From Vibrio vulnificus CMCP6 (GTDB lineage: Bacteria > Pseudomonadota > Gammaproteobacteria > Enterobacterales > Vibrionaceae): DNA of 32,000 nt. The notes beneath the pieces are model-generated. The model was not told the origin of the DNA. It did not search any database and saw only the letters and a program-made list of their open reading frames with translations. The position numbers and the translations under genes are program-made. Location: the NCBI RefSeq assembly GCF_000039765.1, contig NC_004459.3, positions 2,691,127 to 2,723,126 on the forward strand, read 5' to 3'. Positions 8,916 to 17,047 of the stretch are shown piece after piece (position 1 is the first letter of the stretch; every line of letters starts with the position of its first letter).

Positions 8916-10835
8916 TCAGATGACTTTTACGCCATTTCTGCCACCGCGTTTGATGTCATATAACGCTTCATCGGCTTGAAATAAATAGGGTTCCCAATTT
9001 TGCTGCAATTCATGAGCCGAAGAGACACAAACCGCACCAATCGAAACCGTAACGGCGACAACCTCATCCGACGCGGCAATTTCAGTGCGCGAAATCGCTT
9101 CTTGCAGCCTAGTTAATGTCTGATGGGCCTGTTGGCAAGTTAGATTCAATACCAAAACAAACTCTTCTCCCCCCCATCGAAGCAGTAAGTCGTCACCGCG
9201 TGTACAGCAGCTAAGCATGTCGGCCACTTTTGACAGCACATCATCCCCCACTTGATGTCCATAGGTATCATTGATCTGTTTGAAATGATCGATATCAACT
9301 ACGGCCAAGCATTTCGGCGTGTTCATGGTGTCTGACTTGTTGCTGATGCTTTGCCACCATTTATCCAGATAGCTGCGATTGTTGACCCGCGTGAGAGGAT
9401 CAATCATAGATTGCGTCTCTAGTTGCACGTTTTGTTGCGTCAATGCTTGTTGTAAACGTTGGCTTGCTTTGAGCTTACGCCAAAGCAGATATGCGAGAAA
9501 CGAGAATAGAGTTACGGCCAGCATATAGGCCCATTCACGTAATTTTTGCGCTTCCAGTTGGGTCAATTGCAAGGCGTTTTGCGCCTCAAGCAACATCAGC
9601 TCTTGCGAAGCGAGTTTTTCATCGAGCCGACCTCTGACAATCGCCACGTCAGAGTTAAACGATTCGGTTAGGTATTTTTGCTCTAACTGCGACGCGGTTT
9701 GATAAGTTTGCAGTGCAGACTTGAGATCACCCGATTGCTGTTGAATTCGCGACAATGTTTTTAGCGCTTCGATGATCGCAATGGTCTCTTTATCTTCTTC
9801 AAACTGCTTCAATGCCAACTGGATATAGCTGGTGGCAGCTTTGAGTTCATTTTCGACAAGGAACACTTCCGCAAGAATGTCTTGGCAATGAGCAATTTGA
9901 CTCTCAGTGCCGTTTTGCTGTGAAAATTTGAGACATTCTAAACCTGTTTCCATGGCGAGTTGCGTGTGCTCTTGCCTCAGCAATACTTCCGTCATGTTAA
10001 CTAGGGTTTTAATTTTTAGATAGCTGGCCCCTGCCACGCCGGCCTTTTCATATGCCAATCTGATGTTTTTTAGCTCAGACTCTTTACGTCCCATGGCTCC
10101 ATCAATCACACTGGCATTCGTGAGTAAGATGGCTTCAAACAAAGTGTTTTTGAAATGATTGGAGTCATAGAGTCGATTAGACTGACGATTGAACTGCTCC
10201 GCACGTTGCCAATCTTTGCTATCCATGTACACAGTGGAGATATTATTGAGCACCATAGAAGCCTGAAGCGGCTCTTCATTCTGTTCAAAAATCTCTAACG
10301 CACGATGATACTGATTCAGCGCCACCGTAAAATCGGTAAACTCATAGGCTACATTGCCGAGCCATTTTAGCGCGCGCCCTTCTAAAGACTGGTAGCCAAT
10401 CGCATTTGCCATCTCTTGCGCTTCAAGAAAATACGCCTCTGCTTGGCGAAACTGATTTTGGGTCATCAGCCCGCGACCTTGCGTTAACTTCGCTTCAGCC
10501 TTAATCCATTGCTGATCCGTTTGCTCTGCCAACTCAAGCACTTCGGGTAAGTTGGAGCTTTCTTTTCCTTCGTACTTAAAGAGATTGTTTTTAGCAAACA
10601 AATACAAGGCTTTGGCGTTATCACTGCCATTTTCTGGATAAACGAACGCTTTATTTGCCGTGATTTGTGGGTAGCGTAGCGAATCCACGTAGTACTGAAG
10701 GTAAATGTGATCTTGCTCGGAGATGAACTCATCTAAGTAGAGATCGCAAGGTAAAGCATGAGGCTCGGCAAAAACCACAGTTGGAATGAGAGCAGAAAAA
10801 AGTGATATGAATAACGGTTTAGCTTTTGATGACAT
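8916..10835 (-). CDS. Diguanylate cyclase: signal peptide, periplasmic TPR-like region, one TM helix, GGDEF domain with I-site
   Basis: 639 aa. The N-terminal signal is KPLFISLFSALIPTVVFA. A long helical-repeat (TPR-like) region follows, then the TM helix WAYMLAVTLFSFLAYLLW. The C-terminal GGDEF domain has an active-site GGEEF (RWGGEEFVLVL), with RGDD (an RxxD I-site) five residues upstream. Confidence 0.85.
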   Translation of the reverse strand: MSSKAKPLFISLFSALIPTVVFAEPHALPCDLYLDEFISEQDHIYLQYYVDSLRYPQITANKAFVYPENGSDNAKALYLFAKNNLFKYEGKESSNLPEVLELAEQTDQQWIKAEAKLTQGRGLMTQNQFRQAEAYFLEAQEMANAIGYQSLEGRALKWLGNVAYEFTDFTVALNQYHRALEIFEQNEEPLQASMVLNNISTVYMDSKDWQRAEQFNRQSNRLYDSNHFKNTLFEAILLTNASVIDGAMGRKESELKNIRLAYEKAGVAGASYLKIKTLVNMTEVLLRQEHTQLAMETGLECLKFSQQNGTESQIAHCQDILAEVFLVENELKAATSYIQLALKQFEEDKETIAIIEALKTLSRIQQQSGDLKSALQTYQTASQLEQKYLTESFNSDVAIVRGRLDEKLASQELMLLEAQNALQLTQLEAQKLREWAYMLAVTLFSFLAYLLWRKLKASQRLQQALTQQNVQLETQSMIDPLTRVNNRSYLDKWWQSISNKSDTMNTPKCLAVVDIDHFKQINDTYGHQVGDDVLSKVADMLSCCTRGDDLLLRWGGEEFVLVLNLTCQQAHQTLTRLQEAISRTEIAASDEVVAVTVSIGAVCVSSAHELQQNWEPYLFQADEALYDIKRGGRNGVKVI

Positions 10836-11086
10836 TCGGCATTACTGACTCAGATTCGCTCTTCCTTGAATATGGGGTTATCGCAGTGCCACGTTATCAA
10901 AGTAACGCTGACGACAGAGCAAAACGATAAAGCGGAACTATGAAAACCATCATTTCATAGCGCACACGGATAATAAACACACAAAAAACATGGTGATTGC
11001 GTTATATATAATTTCCAACTCTATAACGCAAGACATTCGTCACACAACCAATGCATTTCAGTTAAAAGTTCTGCTAATAAAGCCCT

Positions 11087-11929
11087 TTATTCTGGAAGAC
11101 GCTCTCGCAGATATCGGGCAAATTTGGGTTTGCCGCTGTTAGTGAAACCATTGTGTCGATAAGTAACAGTCGCACCAATAGCAGGGGGATTTTTGCGTTG
11201 TTCGTCGGTGAAACCACTACCGATATAGAACTCGGTACCATCATCGAGCCGCACCAACAATGCGCCTAGCATACCCATTAAACGGCCACTCCCTGGCTTA
11301 TAACCAATGACCGTCGCTTCTGCATCACTGTACTTCTTCAGTTTCAGTAGATCATTGCCCCGCCCCGCTTGGTAGCGGCTGGTGATATTCCTAAGCATCA
11401 CCCCTTCACCACTGATGCCCGTAATGGCATCCAGTTTTTCAAAAAGCTGTGCTTCGCTGACGATCGGTTTGTGCTCAACAAATTTGATGTGCCTCGCGTC
11501 GATGTTTTTCACTAAATCGATCAGGGTATAGTAGCGCTTTTGGTAATCACCCGCTGACTCTGGCAGGTCAAAAACCATAAAGTCAATCTGCTTCCAAGCA
11601 TGCTCATCGGGCGTGGCGTCCAGCACTGTCTGCTGCACAATGTGAAAATTACCTCGTCCGGCCCATAACTCACCATCGAGCGCCATCGGTGGTAATGCTT
11701 CAATAAACCACGTCGGAGCATAAATTCGATTGCCATTGCGAGTAAGCAATTGAGTGCCAGTCCAATACGCCCGAATACCATCCAATTTTTCGCTATACCA
11801 ATAATCGTTGATCTTCACTCCATGCCCATAAGTTTGTGCAAGCATCACCTCTGGTATTGGCAATGGCTCTTCCTCAGCCATCACAGGGATGGCGACGAGA
11901 ATCGCCATCGATAATATAGTCAAACGCAT
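11087..11929 (-). CDS. Minimal ATP-dependent DNA ligase with N-terminal signal peptide (Lig E type)
   Basis: 280 aa. The signal-like N-terminus is MRLTILSMAILVAIPVMA. The adenylation motif I KxDG is present (SEKLDGIRAYW), as are motif III FMVFDL, motif IV GEGVMLR and motif V DLLKLKK. It has only nucleotidyltransferase and OB domains. Confidence 0.85.
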   Translation of the reverse strand: MRLTILSMAILVAIPVMAEEEPLPIPEVMLAQTYGHGVKINDYWYSEKLDGIRAYWTGTQLLTRNGNRIYAPTWFIEALPPMALDGELWAGRGNFHIVQQTVLDATPDEHAWKQIDFMVFDLPESAGDYQKRYYTLIDLVKNIDARHIKFVEHKPIVSEAQLFEKLDAITGISGEGVMLRNITSRYQAGRGNDLLKLKKYSDAEATVIGYKPGSGRLMGMLGALLVRLDDGTEFYIGSGFTDEQRKNPPAIGATVTYRHNGFTNSGKPKFARYLRERLPE

Positions 11930-12095
11930 CCTGCTTCCCCTAATCCTTTCCTTTCTAGCGTTTTTTATCGCATTTCCCCGCCATGTTCACGTCCAGTATC
12001 AAGGTTCATAAATGATGTGCGACAGCACTCAGTAAAAATCGAAAAAGGGTTCTATTAATTACAATTTTTCCATGCTCTCAGACGTGTTTTCCTGA

Positions 12096-12110
12096 TTCTC
12101 AAATTGAGAA
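12096..12110 (+). promoter_or_regulatory. Enhancer-type palindrome TTCTCAAATTGAGAA (copy 1 of 4), putative site for the locus sigma-54 activator
   Basis: A perfect 6-bp-arm inverted repeat with a 3-bp spacer, centred 77 bp upstream of the GG of the 12179 promoter. A TGAGAA half-site repeats at 12125-12130. Confidence 0.65.
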
Positions 12111-12178
12111 AAAATCATTTCGATTTGAGAAGCCTAAAACACTCCAATCTATCCAATTGATTTTTATAGTGTAATTTT

Positions 12179-12194
12179 TGGCATACAACCTGCT
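12179..12194 (+). promoter_or_regulatory. Sigma-54 (-24/-12) promoter of the sypA-like operon
   Basis: TGGCATacaacCTGCT has GG and GC separated by exactly 10 nt, as in the consensus TGGCAC-N5-TTGCW. The -12 element lies 35 nt upstream of the ATG at 12228. Confidence 0.75.
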
Positions 12195-12227
12195 CTTTGT
12201 TGAAGACACCCAACAGGAGAACGTCAC

Positions 12228-12548
12228 ATGGAACTCAGCACACTCGACCTCAATCAACAAACACTCACACTGTCTATCGTTGGTAATTTTGATGCCCACG
12301 GTAGCCGCCAAGCCCAAATTCACATTGATGAGTTGATCAACAATGATCGCCATACCGATATCGAAGTCGATATGAGTGGTGTTGAGTTTCTCGATTCATC
12401 AGGTATTGGGGCGATCGTTTATCTCTATAAAAGATTGGTTGAACGTGAACGCACCATGCGCATTGAAAACGTACGCGGCCAGCCACTCGAAATCATCAGC
12501 TTACTGCGTATTGACCACGCGATTCCCGTTAACTCCAAGCAGTTTTAG
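12228..12548 (+). CDS. sypA: STAS-domain protein (anti-sigma-factor-antagonist fold), SypA-like
   Basis: 106 aa. It has the SpoIIAA-type motif VEFLDSSGIGAIV, with the conserved phosphorylatable Ser in DSSG (S57/S58). It is the first gene of a syp-syntenic locus. Confidence 0.85.
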   Translation: MELSTLDLNQQTLTLSIVGNFDAHGSRQAQIHIDELINNDRHTDIEVDMSGVEFLDSSGIGAIVYLYKRLVERERTMRIENVRGQPLEIISLLRIDHAIPVNSKQF

Positions 12549-12579
12549 CCATAACAATAAAAATTCGTCGGAGGTTGGC

Positions 12580-13422
12580 ATGCAAAAACACTTACTGTTT
12601 ACAACGCTCTATTTCACCCTGCTCATCTCAGGTTGTGCAAGCTACCCTGAGCATGGCAGCGGTGGATTGGCAGAGAGTTATCAAAATATCAGTTATGAAA
12701 ACGCCGACTTTTCTCCGGTCATGCCTGATGAACCTCTCGGTCCTGAACATGGCATGCGCTTCGATTGGCAACTGGCGAAATTGCACTTAGATTCGTTGAT
12801 CCGCGAAGGCGCTAAATGGTGCTTTCCTGCCTCTGTGGTACAAGCCTTAGAGCTGCAAAATCGCATCGCTCGTGAATTGCAAGGCGGATTGCTGCTCGAT
12901 GCGGCGAACGATTTGGTCATTCAACGTAAACGTCTGCATCAACTAGAACAGCAGCTCGACTACGTACTTTCACACACTCGATGCGTTCCCCCACGTGATG
13001 AAGACGCCTTCCGTTTTCAGTTGGATATCGTTAACGAGCTCTATGACATCCTCAATATTGACAATCAATTCGCGGTGAATTCCGCGGAAATTAATCCCAA
13101 ATACATGGGCCACCTTGCCAAAGCGGCCAATATATTGCGCGAGCACACCGCGTTAACCCTCACCGTGACGGGCCACGCGGATGCCACCGGTAACGAGGCA
13201 TACAACGAAAAACTAGCGATGGACAGAGCCGAGCAAGTCAAACGTTACTTAGCCATTTTCGGTTTGGATCCCAACCGCATCACCACCTATTCACTGGGAG
13301 AAAAACTGCCCTTGTTTGATGGTGAAAGTGCCGCCGTGCGCCTGACCAATCGCCGTGTGAGCATCGAAATTCAATCGCCAGCGAATACGGAACCATCTCC
13401 CTATGCAGGAGGCGTACAATGA
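12580..13422 (+). CDS. sypB: OmpA-C-like peptidoglycan-binding lipoprotein, SypB-like
   Basis: The ORF track starts at 12376, overlapping sypA. The in-frame ATG at 12580 has GGAGG 5 nt upstream and gives a lipoprotein signal MQKHLLFTTLYFTLLISGC (lipobox LISGC). The C-terminal OmpA_C motif is TGHADATGNEAYNEKLAMDRAEQVKRYL...NRRVSIEI. Confidence 0.85.
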   Translation: MQKHLLFTTLYFTLLISGCASYPEHGSGGLAESYQNISYENADFSPVMPDEPLGPEHGMRFDWQLAKLHLDSLIREGAKWCFPASVVQALELQNRIARELQGGLLLDAANDLVIQRKRLHQLEQQLDYVLSHTRCVPPRDEDAFRFQLDIVNELYDILNIDNQFAVNSAEINPKYMGHLAKAANILREHTALTLTVTGHADATGNEAYNEKLAMDRAEQVKRYLAIFGLDPNRITTYSLGEKLPLFDGESAAVRLTNRRVSIEIQSPANTEPSPYAGGVQ

Positions 13423-15518
13423 ACATCGCAAAAAGCTATCTCGCTCTCATTCTTTTGCTGTTAATGATTGCGCCAATCCTAAGCCATGCTGCCGATGAGC
13501 GCGTACAGGTGGGCGATCTGATCCAAATTAACCTACCAGGTGAAGAGAGCCTCAATCGCGGATTCCAAGTCGATAAACGTGGCCGAATCACTCTGCCAGA
13601 GATTGGCCCGATTTATGTCGCAGGTTATCAATCGGCACAATTGGAAAACGCGGTCAAACAGTCATTAGCCACCGTTTTTCGTGATGTGAGTAACCTCAGC
13701 GTGTTTGTCAAACAACAGCAGATGCTGATTTCCGTACAAGGCTATGTCTCACAGCCGGGTGAATACACTTTGCCGCAAGGCGCAAGCGTTGAGATGGCTT
13801 TCCATGCCGCGGGGGGATTACGCTCTGGCGCTCAACTCGACAAAATGCAGTTAAAACGGGGCAGTGACCGTCGCGAGTTTAACTACAAACAATTTCTCGA
13901 CTCTGGCAACGATGAGTTGTTACCACAGTTGATGTCGCTTGACGTGCTTTTCGTTCCCGCCTCTCCTTTGGTAGGCAACATTGAGCAGACGTTTGATCCT
14001 GCAAAACTGGCAGACAGTGGTGACAGCGCAGATTCTGCCAAAGGCATCAAAGTGTTCGGTGAAGTGAACTCGCCGGGCTCGTTCAGTTACAAACCAGACA
14101 CCAACTTGGTTGATATTTTGATGCGCTCAGGTGGGGTTACACGTTACGCTGGCGTAGAACAGATCCGAGTGATTTCCAACAATGAGCCCAAAGTATTCAA
14201 TCTAAAAAAATACCTCGATAGCGGCGATTCTTCTCTTTTACCCGATATCGCCCCCGGCTCCACTGTGTTCGTTCCTCGTCAAGAAGAGGAGATCAAGTCC
14301 AGCTCCAACACCGTGTATATCATGGGCGAAGTGGCTCACCCCGGCGCGTATGAAGGCAAACCTGGGGCCACCTTTATGGACATTCTTGCCAATGCCGGCG
14401 GCCCCACCCGATTTGCTGAGTCTCGTCAAATTCGTGTGCTTAAAGCGGATGGACGCGTGATCCGATTTGATTTGACCGCACACACCGAAGGATTGGGCAA
14501 AACCAAGGTGCCACAAATCCAGCCCGGTGACGCCATTTTTGTCCCAGAAAAAACCGACATGAACGAGAAGTCCTGGCTTAAAGTGGCCCCCGATCGCGCC
14601 GTTGCTGTCATGGGCGAAGTGGTTCGTCCGGGTCGCATCGAGTGGTCCGACGAAATGGATTTGATGGATCTGCTGGCGCATGTCGGTGGCCCAACATTAC
14701 GGGCTGACACAACGAAGATCGAAGTTGTCAACGGCGGCAAAATGCAAGTGTTTGACCTCGATGCTTTTATTCGCCAAGGTGCGCCAACGAAAGCCCTGCC
14801 TCGCATTGATGCAGGCGCGATCATTCGTGTGCACGATTTACCACAAGACCCATCCGACAACAAATCACAGTGGGTGAGACAAAGCTCAGATGCCTCGATT
14901 TATGTCTTTGGTCAAGTCAATGCGCCAGGGCGCTATCGCTTTACCAATGAAATGCACTTTCTTGACATTTTGTCTGCCGCTGACGGGCCAACCAAAGATG
15001 CTGATATTCACAATATCCGCGTCACGCACCGAGATAAAAGCTACTCGCTGGTCAGCAAACTCAATCTCTCACTCTATTTTGAAACCGGAGATGAATCTCT
15101 TCTTCCTCACGTCAAGCCCGGAGACACCATCTACATTCCAGAGAAGGAGAAAAACTGGCTCGATACCAGCAAAGAATCAACCGTTCGAGTGCTAGGAGCT
15201 GTGAACAAACCGGGACGCTACGCCTTTAACGACAACATGACGATCCTCGATTTACTCGCGGAGGCTGGTGGACCAAGCTCAAGCGCTTATTTAGAGAAAA
15301 TCAGCGTGGTTAATATGTCTTGCTGCCAAGGGCAGGCGCGCACCTTCGATCTCGTGAGTTTCAGCAAAACCGCGAATATTTACCACCTTCCCGTGATCCG
15401 TGCAGGCGACACGATTTATATTCCGAGCCGCGATGAAAGCTTGATTGAAAAAGCACGCGCAGGTTTGCGCGATGTGCTGCAAATCACCACCACCTTGGTA
15501 TTAATAGGAGCATTATGA
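13419..15518 (+). CDS. sypC: Outer-membrane polysaccharide export (OPX) protein with six tandem SLBB-type repeats, SypC-like
   Basis: 699 aa. The signal peptide is LALILLLLMIAPILSHA. The N-terminal Poly_export-like block is GDLIQINLPGEE...RITLPEIGPIYVAG. Six repeats of the form G.V..PG.Y.........D.L..AGGP....... then follow. The start codon overlaps the sypB stop (ATGA). Confidence 0.85.
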   Translation: MNIAKSYLALILLLLMIAPILSHAADERVQVGDLIQINLPGEESLNRGFQVDKRGRITLPEIGPIYVAGYQSAQLENAVKQSLATVFRDVSNLSVFVKQQQMLISVQGYVSQPGEYTLPQGASVEMAFHAAGGLRSGAQLDKMQLKRGSDRREFNYKQFLDSGNDELLPQLMSLDVLFVPASPLVGNIEQTFDPAKLADSGDSADSAKGIKVFGEVNSPGSFSYKPDTNLVDILMRSGGVTRYAGVEQIRVISNNEPKVFNLKKYLDSGDSSLLPDIAPGSTVFVPRQEEEIKSSSNTVYIMGEVAHPGAYEGKPGATFMDILANAGGPTRFAESRQIRVLKADGRVIRFDLTAHTEGLGKTKVPQIQPGDAIFVPEKTDMNEKSWLKVAPDRAVAVMGEVVRPGRIEWSDEMDLMDLLAHVGGPTLRADTTKIEVVNGGKMQVFDLDAFIRQGAPTKALPRIDAGAIIRVHDLPQDPSDNKSQWVRQSSDASIYVFGQVNAPGRYRFTNEMHFLDILSAADGPTKDADIHNIRVTHRDKSYSLVSKLNLSLYFETGDESLLPHVKPGDTIYIPEKEKNWLDTSKESTVRVLGAVNKPGRYAFNDNMTILDLLAEAGGPSSSAYLEKISVVNMSCCQGQARTFDLVSFSKTANIYHLPVIRAGDTIYIPSRDESLIEKARAGLRDVLQITTTLVLIGAL

Positions 15519-16210
15519 TGATGATTCCCGCGACTCACGCCGAAATTGAACAGCTCTATCTCAAAGCAGAGCTTGAACAGATTCGCTCCATTTGTCTCAC
15601 GGGCTGCAGCTCTGGTGACGGCGTCACCTCAATTGCGACTGCGCTGGCTGAACGATTCATTCTTGCGGGCCATCATACCTTGTATGTCGACCTCAATCTG
15701 TTTAAGCCCGCTTTTCACGATGTGCATAGCTTCGAGCACGAAGCGCAGCCAGGAATGCTCATCGAACACAATGAAACCCATCAAGTATTGGTCGGCGTGC
15801 CAGCGCCCACCCAGACGGCCGTTCAGCTTTCCTACAAAGATCCGGCCAACTTGTGCTCAGCCGTCAATAAATGGCAAAGCCACTATGAGCGCATCATTAT
15901 TGATACCTCGCCGCTACTTAATCTCAATAAAGGAAATGTGCCAGCACAAAGCGTCGCCAGTGCGTGTGATGCCACCATTCTTGTCGCTTGCTATGGCAGT
16001 ACAACAGAAAACCAAATTTTGCAGGCACAAAGTCTGCTCGATGCCCGATCCATTCATCTACTTGGCACCATTTTGAACATGAAAGATTCGCCAAGTTTTT
16101 CAGAAGAATTGGTCAGACAATTGAATAAATTCAAATTTCTTCCACTACGCTTAAGAAAGCGCTTAGAAAACTGGTTGTATAAAAACGAATTTTTGAATCT
16201 GCCCTATTGA
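15515..16210 (+). CDS. sypD: BY-kinase/MinD-like P-loop protein with degenerate Walker A, SypD-like
   Basis: 231 aa. It aligns with CpsD/CapB-type domains. Walker A reads LTGCSSGDGVTS where GxGK[ST] is expected (V37, codon 15623-15625). Walker A' reads YVDLNLFKP where IDxDLRKP is expected. Walker B IIIDTSPL is conserved. The start overlaps the sypC stop. Confidence 0.8.
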   Translation: MMMIPATHAEIEQLYLKAELEQIRSICLTGCSSGDGVTSIATALAERFILAGHHTLYVDLNLFKPAFHDVHSFEHEAQPGMLIEHNETHQVLVGVPAPTQTAVQLSYKDPANLCSAVNKWQSHYERIIIDTSPLLNLNKGNVPAQSVASACDATILVACYGSTTENQILQAQSLLDARSIHLLGTILNMKDSPSFSEELVRQLNKFKFLPLRLRKRLENWLYKNEFLNLPY

Positions 16211-16232
16211 TTGGAGACTTGACGATGAAGCA

Positions 16233-17024
16233 ATGGATACTGACCGCACTGCTCCTCTTTGCACCCTCAGTTGGTGTAAACCGCTGGTTTTTGGTGTGGT
16301 ACCTCAGCAATCCGCCAGCCGTCTGGCCGACAATTGGACGCCAGTGATCAAAGCACTCAGCGAGGATATCGGGCTCGAGATTGTTTTTGCCACCGCCCCC
16401 GACATTCCGACGTTTGAAGCACGCCTCAATGAGGGCCATTACGACATCGCTTACATGAACCCTTATCACTATGTGGTGTTCCACCAGCAAGTTGGCTACC
16501 AAGCCATCGCCAAAGCCAAAGATACGTTGATTTATGGCTTAATTGTGGTGAATGCCAATGACGCCATTAACACCATTGCTCAGTTGAACGGACAAACATT
16601 GGCGTTTCCGTCACCAGCCGCTTTTGCTGCGACGATACTGACGCAAGGGTATTTAAACCAACAAGGTATTGAATATCAGCCCAAATACGTTTCATCCCAC
16701 GACTCTGTCTATCTCAATGTAGCGCGTGGCTTATTACCTGCTGGCGGTGGCATTGCCAGAACACTGAACGCCGCTCCTGCCGATGTTCGTCAGCAATTAA
16801 AGATACTTTGGACCAGCGATGGCTACACGCCACACCCTATCGCCGTAAAACCGAACCTTGATGCAAACACCGTATTGGCGCTGCAAAACGCCCTGCTCAA
16901 TCTCAATCAGCGCAACGGGAGAGAGTCATTGTTGAGCCCACTCAAGATTTCTGCGTTTGTCGCGGCGCAAGATTCTGATTGGAACGATATTCGCCAGCTC
17001 GATATTAAGTTACTGACGGACTAA
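16233..17024 (+). CDS. PhnD-family (phosphonate-type) periplasmic substrate-binding protein occupying the sypE position; the N-terminus is apparently frame-disrupted
   Basis: The ORF-track frame encodes [27 protein letters not shown]..., a typical mature PhnD-like start, but has no signal peptide. The ATG at 16225 (GGAG 8 nt upstream) encodes a good signal peptide [18 protein letters not shown] in a different frame that stops at 16345-16347. See the findings. Confidence 0.7.
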   Translation: MDTDRTAPLCTLSWCKPLVFGVVPQQSASRLADNWTPVIKALSEDIGLEIVFATAPDIPTFEARLNEGHYDIAYMNPYHYVVFHQQVGYQAIAKAKDTLIYGLIVVNANDAINTIAQLNGQTLAFPSPAAFAATILTQGYLNQQGIEYQPKYVSSHDSVYLNVARGLLPAGGGIARTLNAAPADVRQQLKILWTSDGYTPHPIAVKPNLDANTVLALQNALLNLNQRNGRESLLSPLKISAFVAAQDSDWNDIRQLDIKLLTD

Positions 17025-17047
17025 AGGTATCTCGCCAGGAGGTCATT

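Noticed and set aside
12376-12579. Long form of the OmpA-like ORF starting at 12376 and overlapping the STAS gene
   Set aside because: It overlaps sypA-like by 173 nt in another frame. The internal ATG at 12580 has a GGAGG RBS and yields a canonical lipoprotein signal with a lipobox.
14238-14863. Antisense ORFs of 145-147 aa inside the export gene, and similar shadow ORFs (4121..4495, 12099..12353, 15546..16076, 20135..20627, 25282..26241, 26880..27428, and others)
   Set aside because: All lie fully within, or antisense to, much longer ORFs that carry clear family motifs. Their translations are low-complexity and Arg/Ser/Cys-rich. They have no RBS or independent support.
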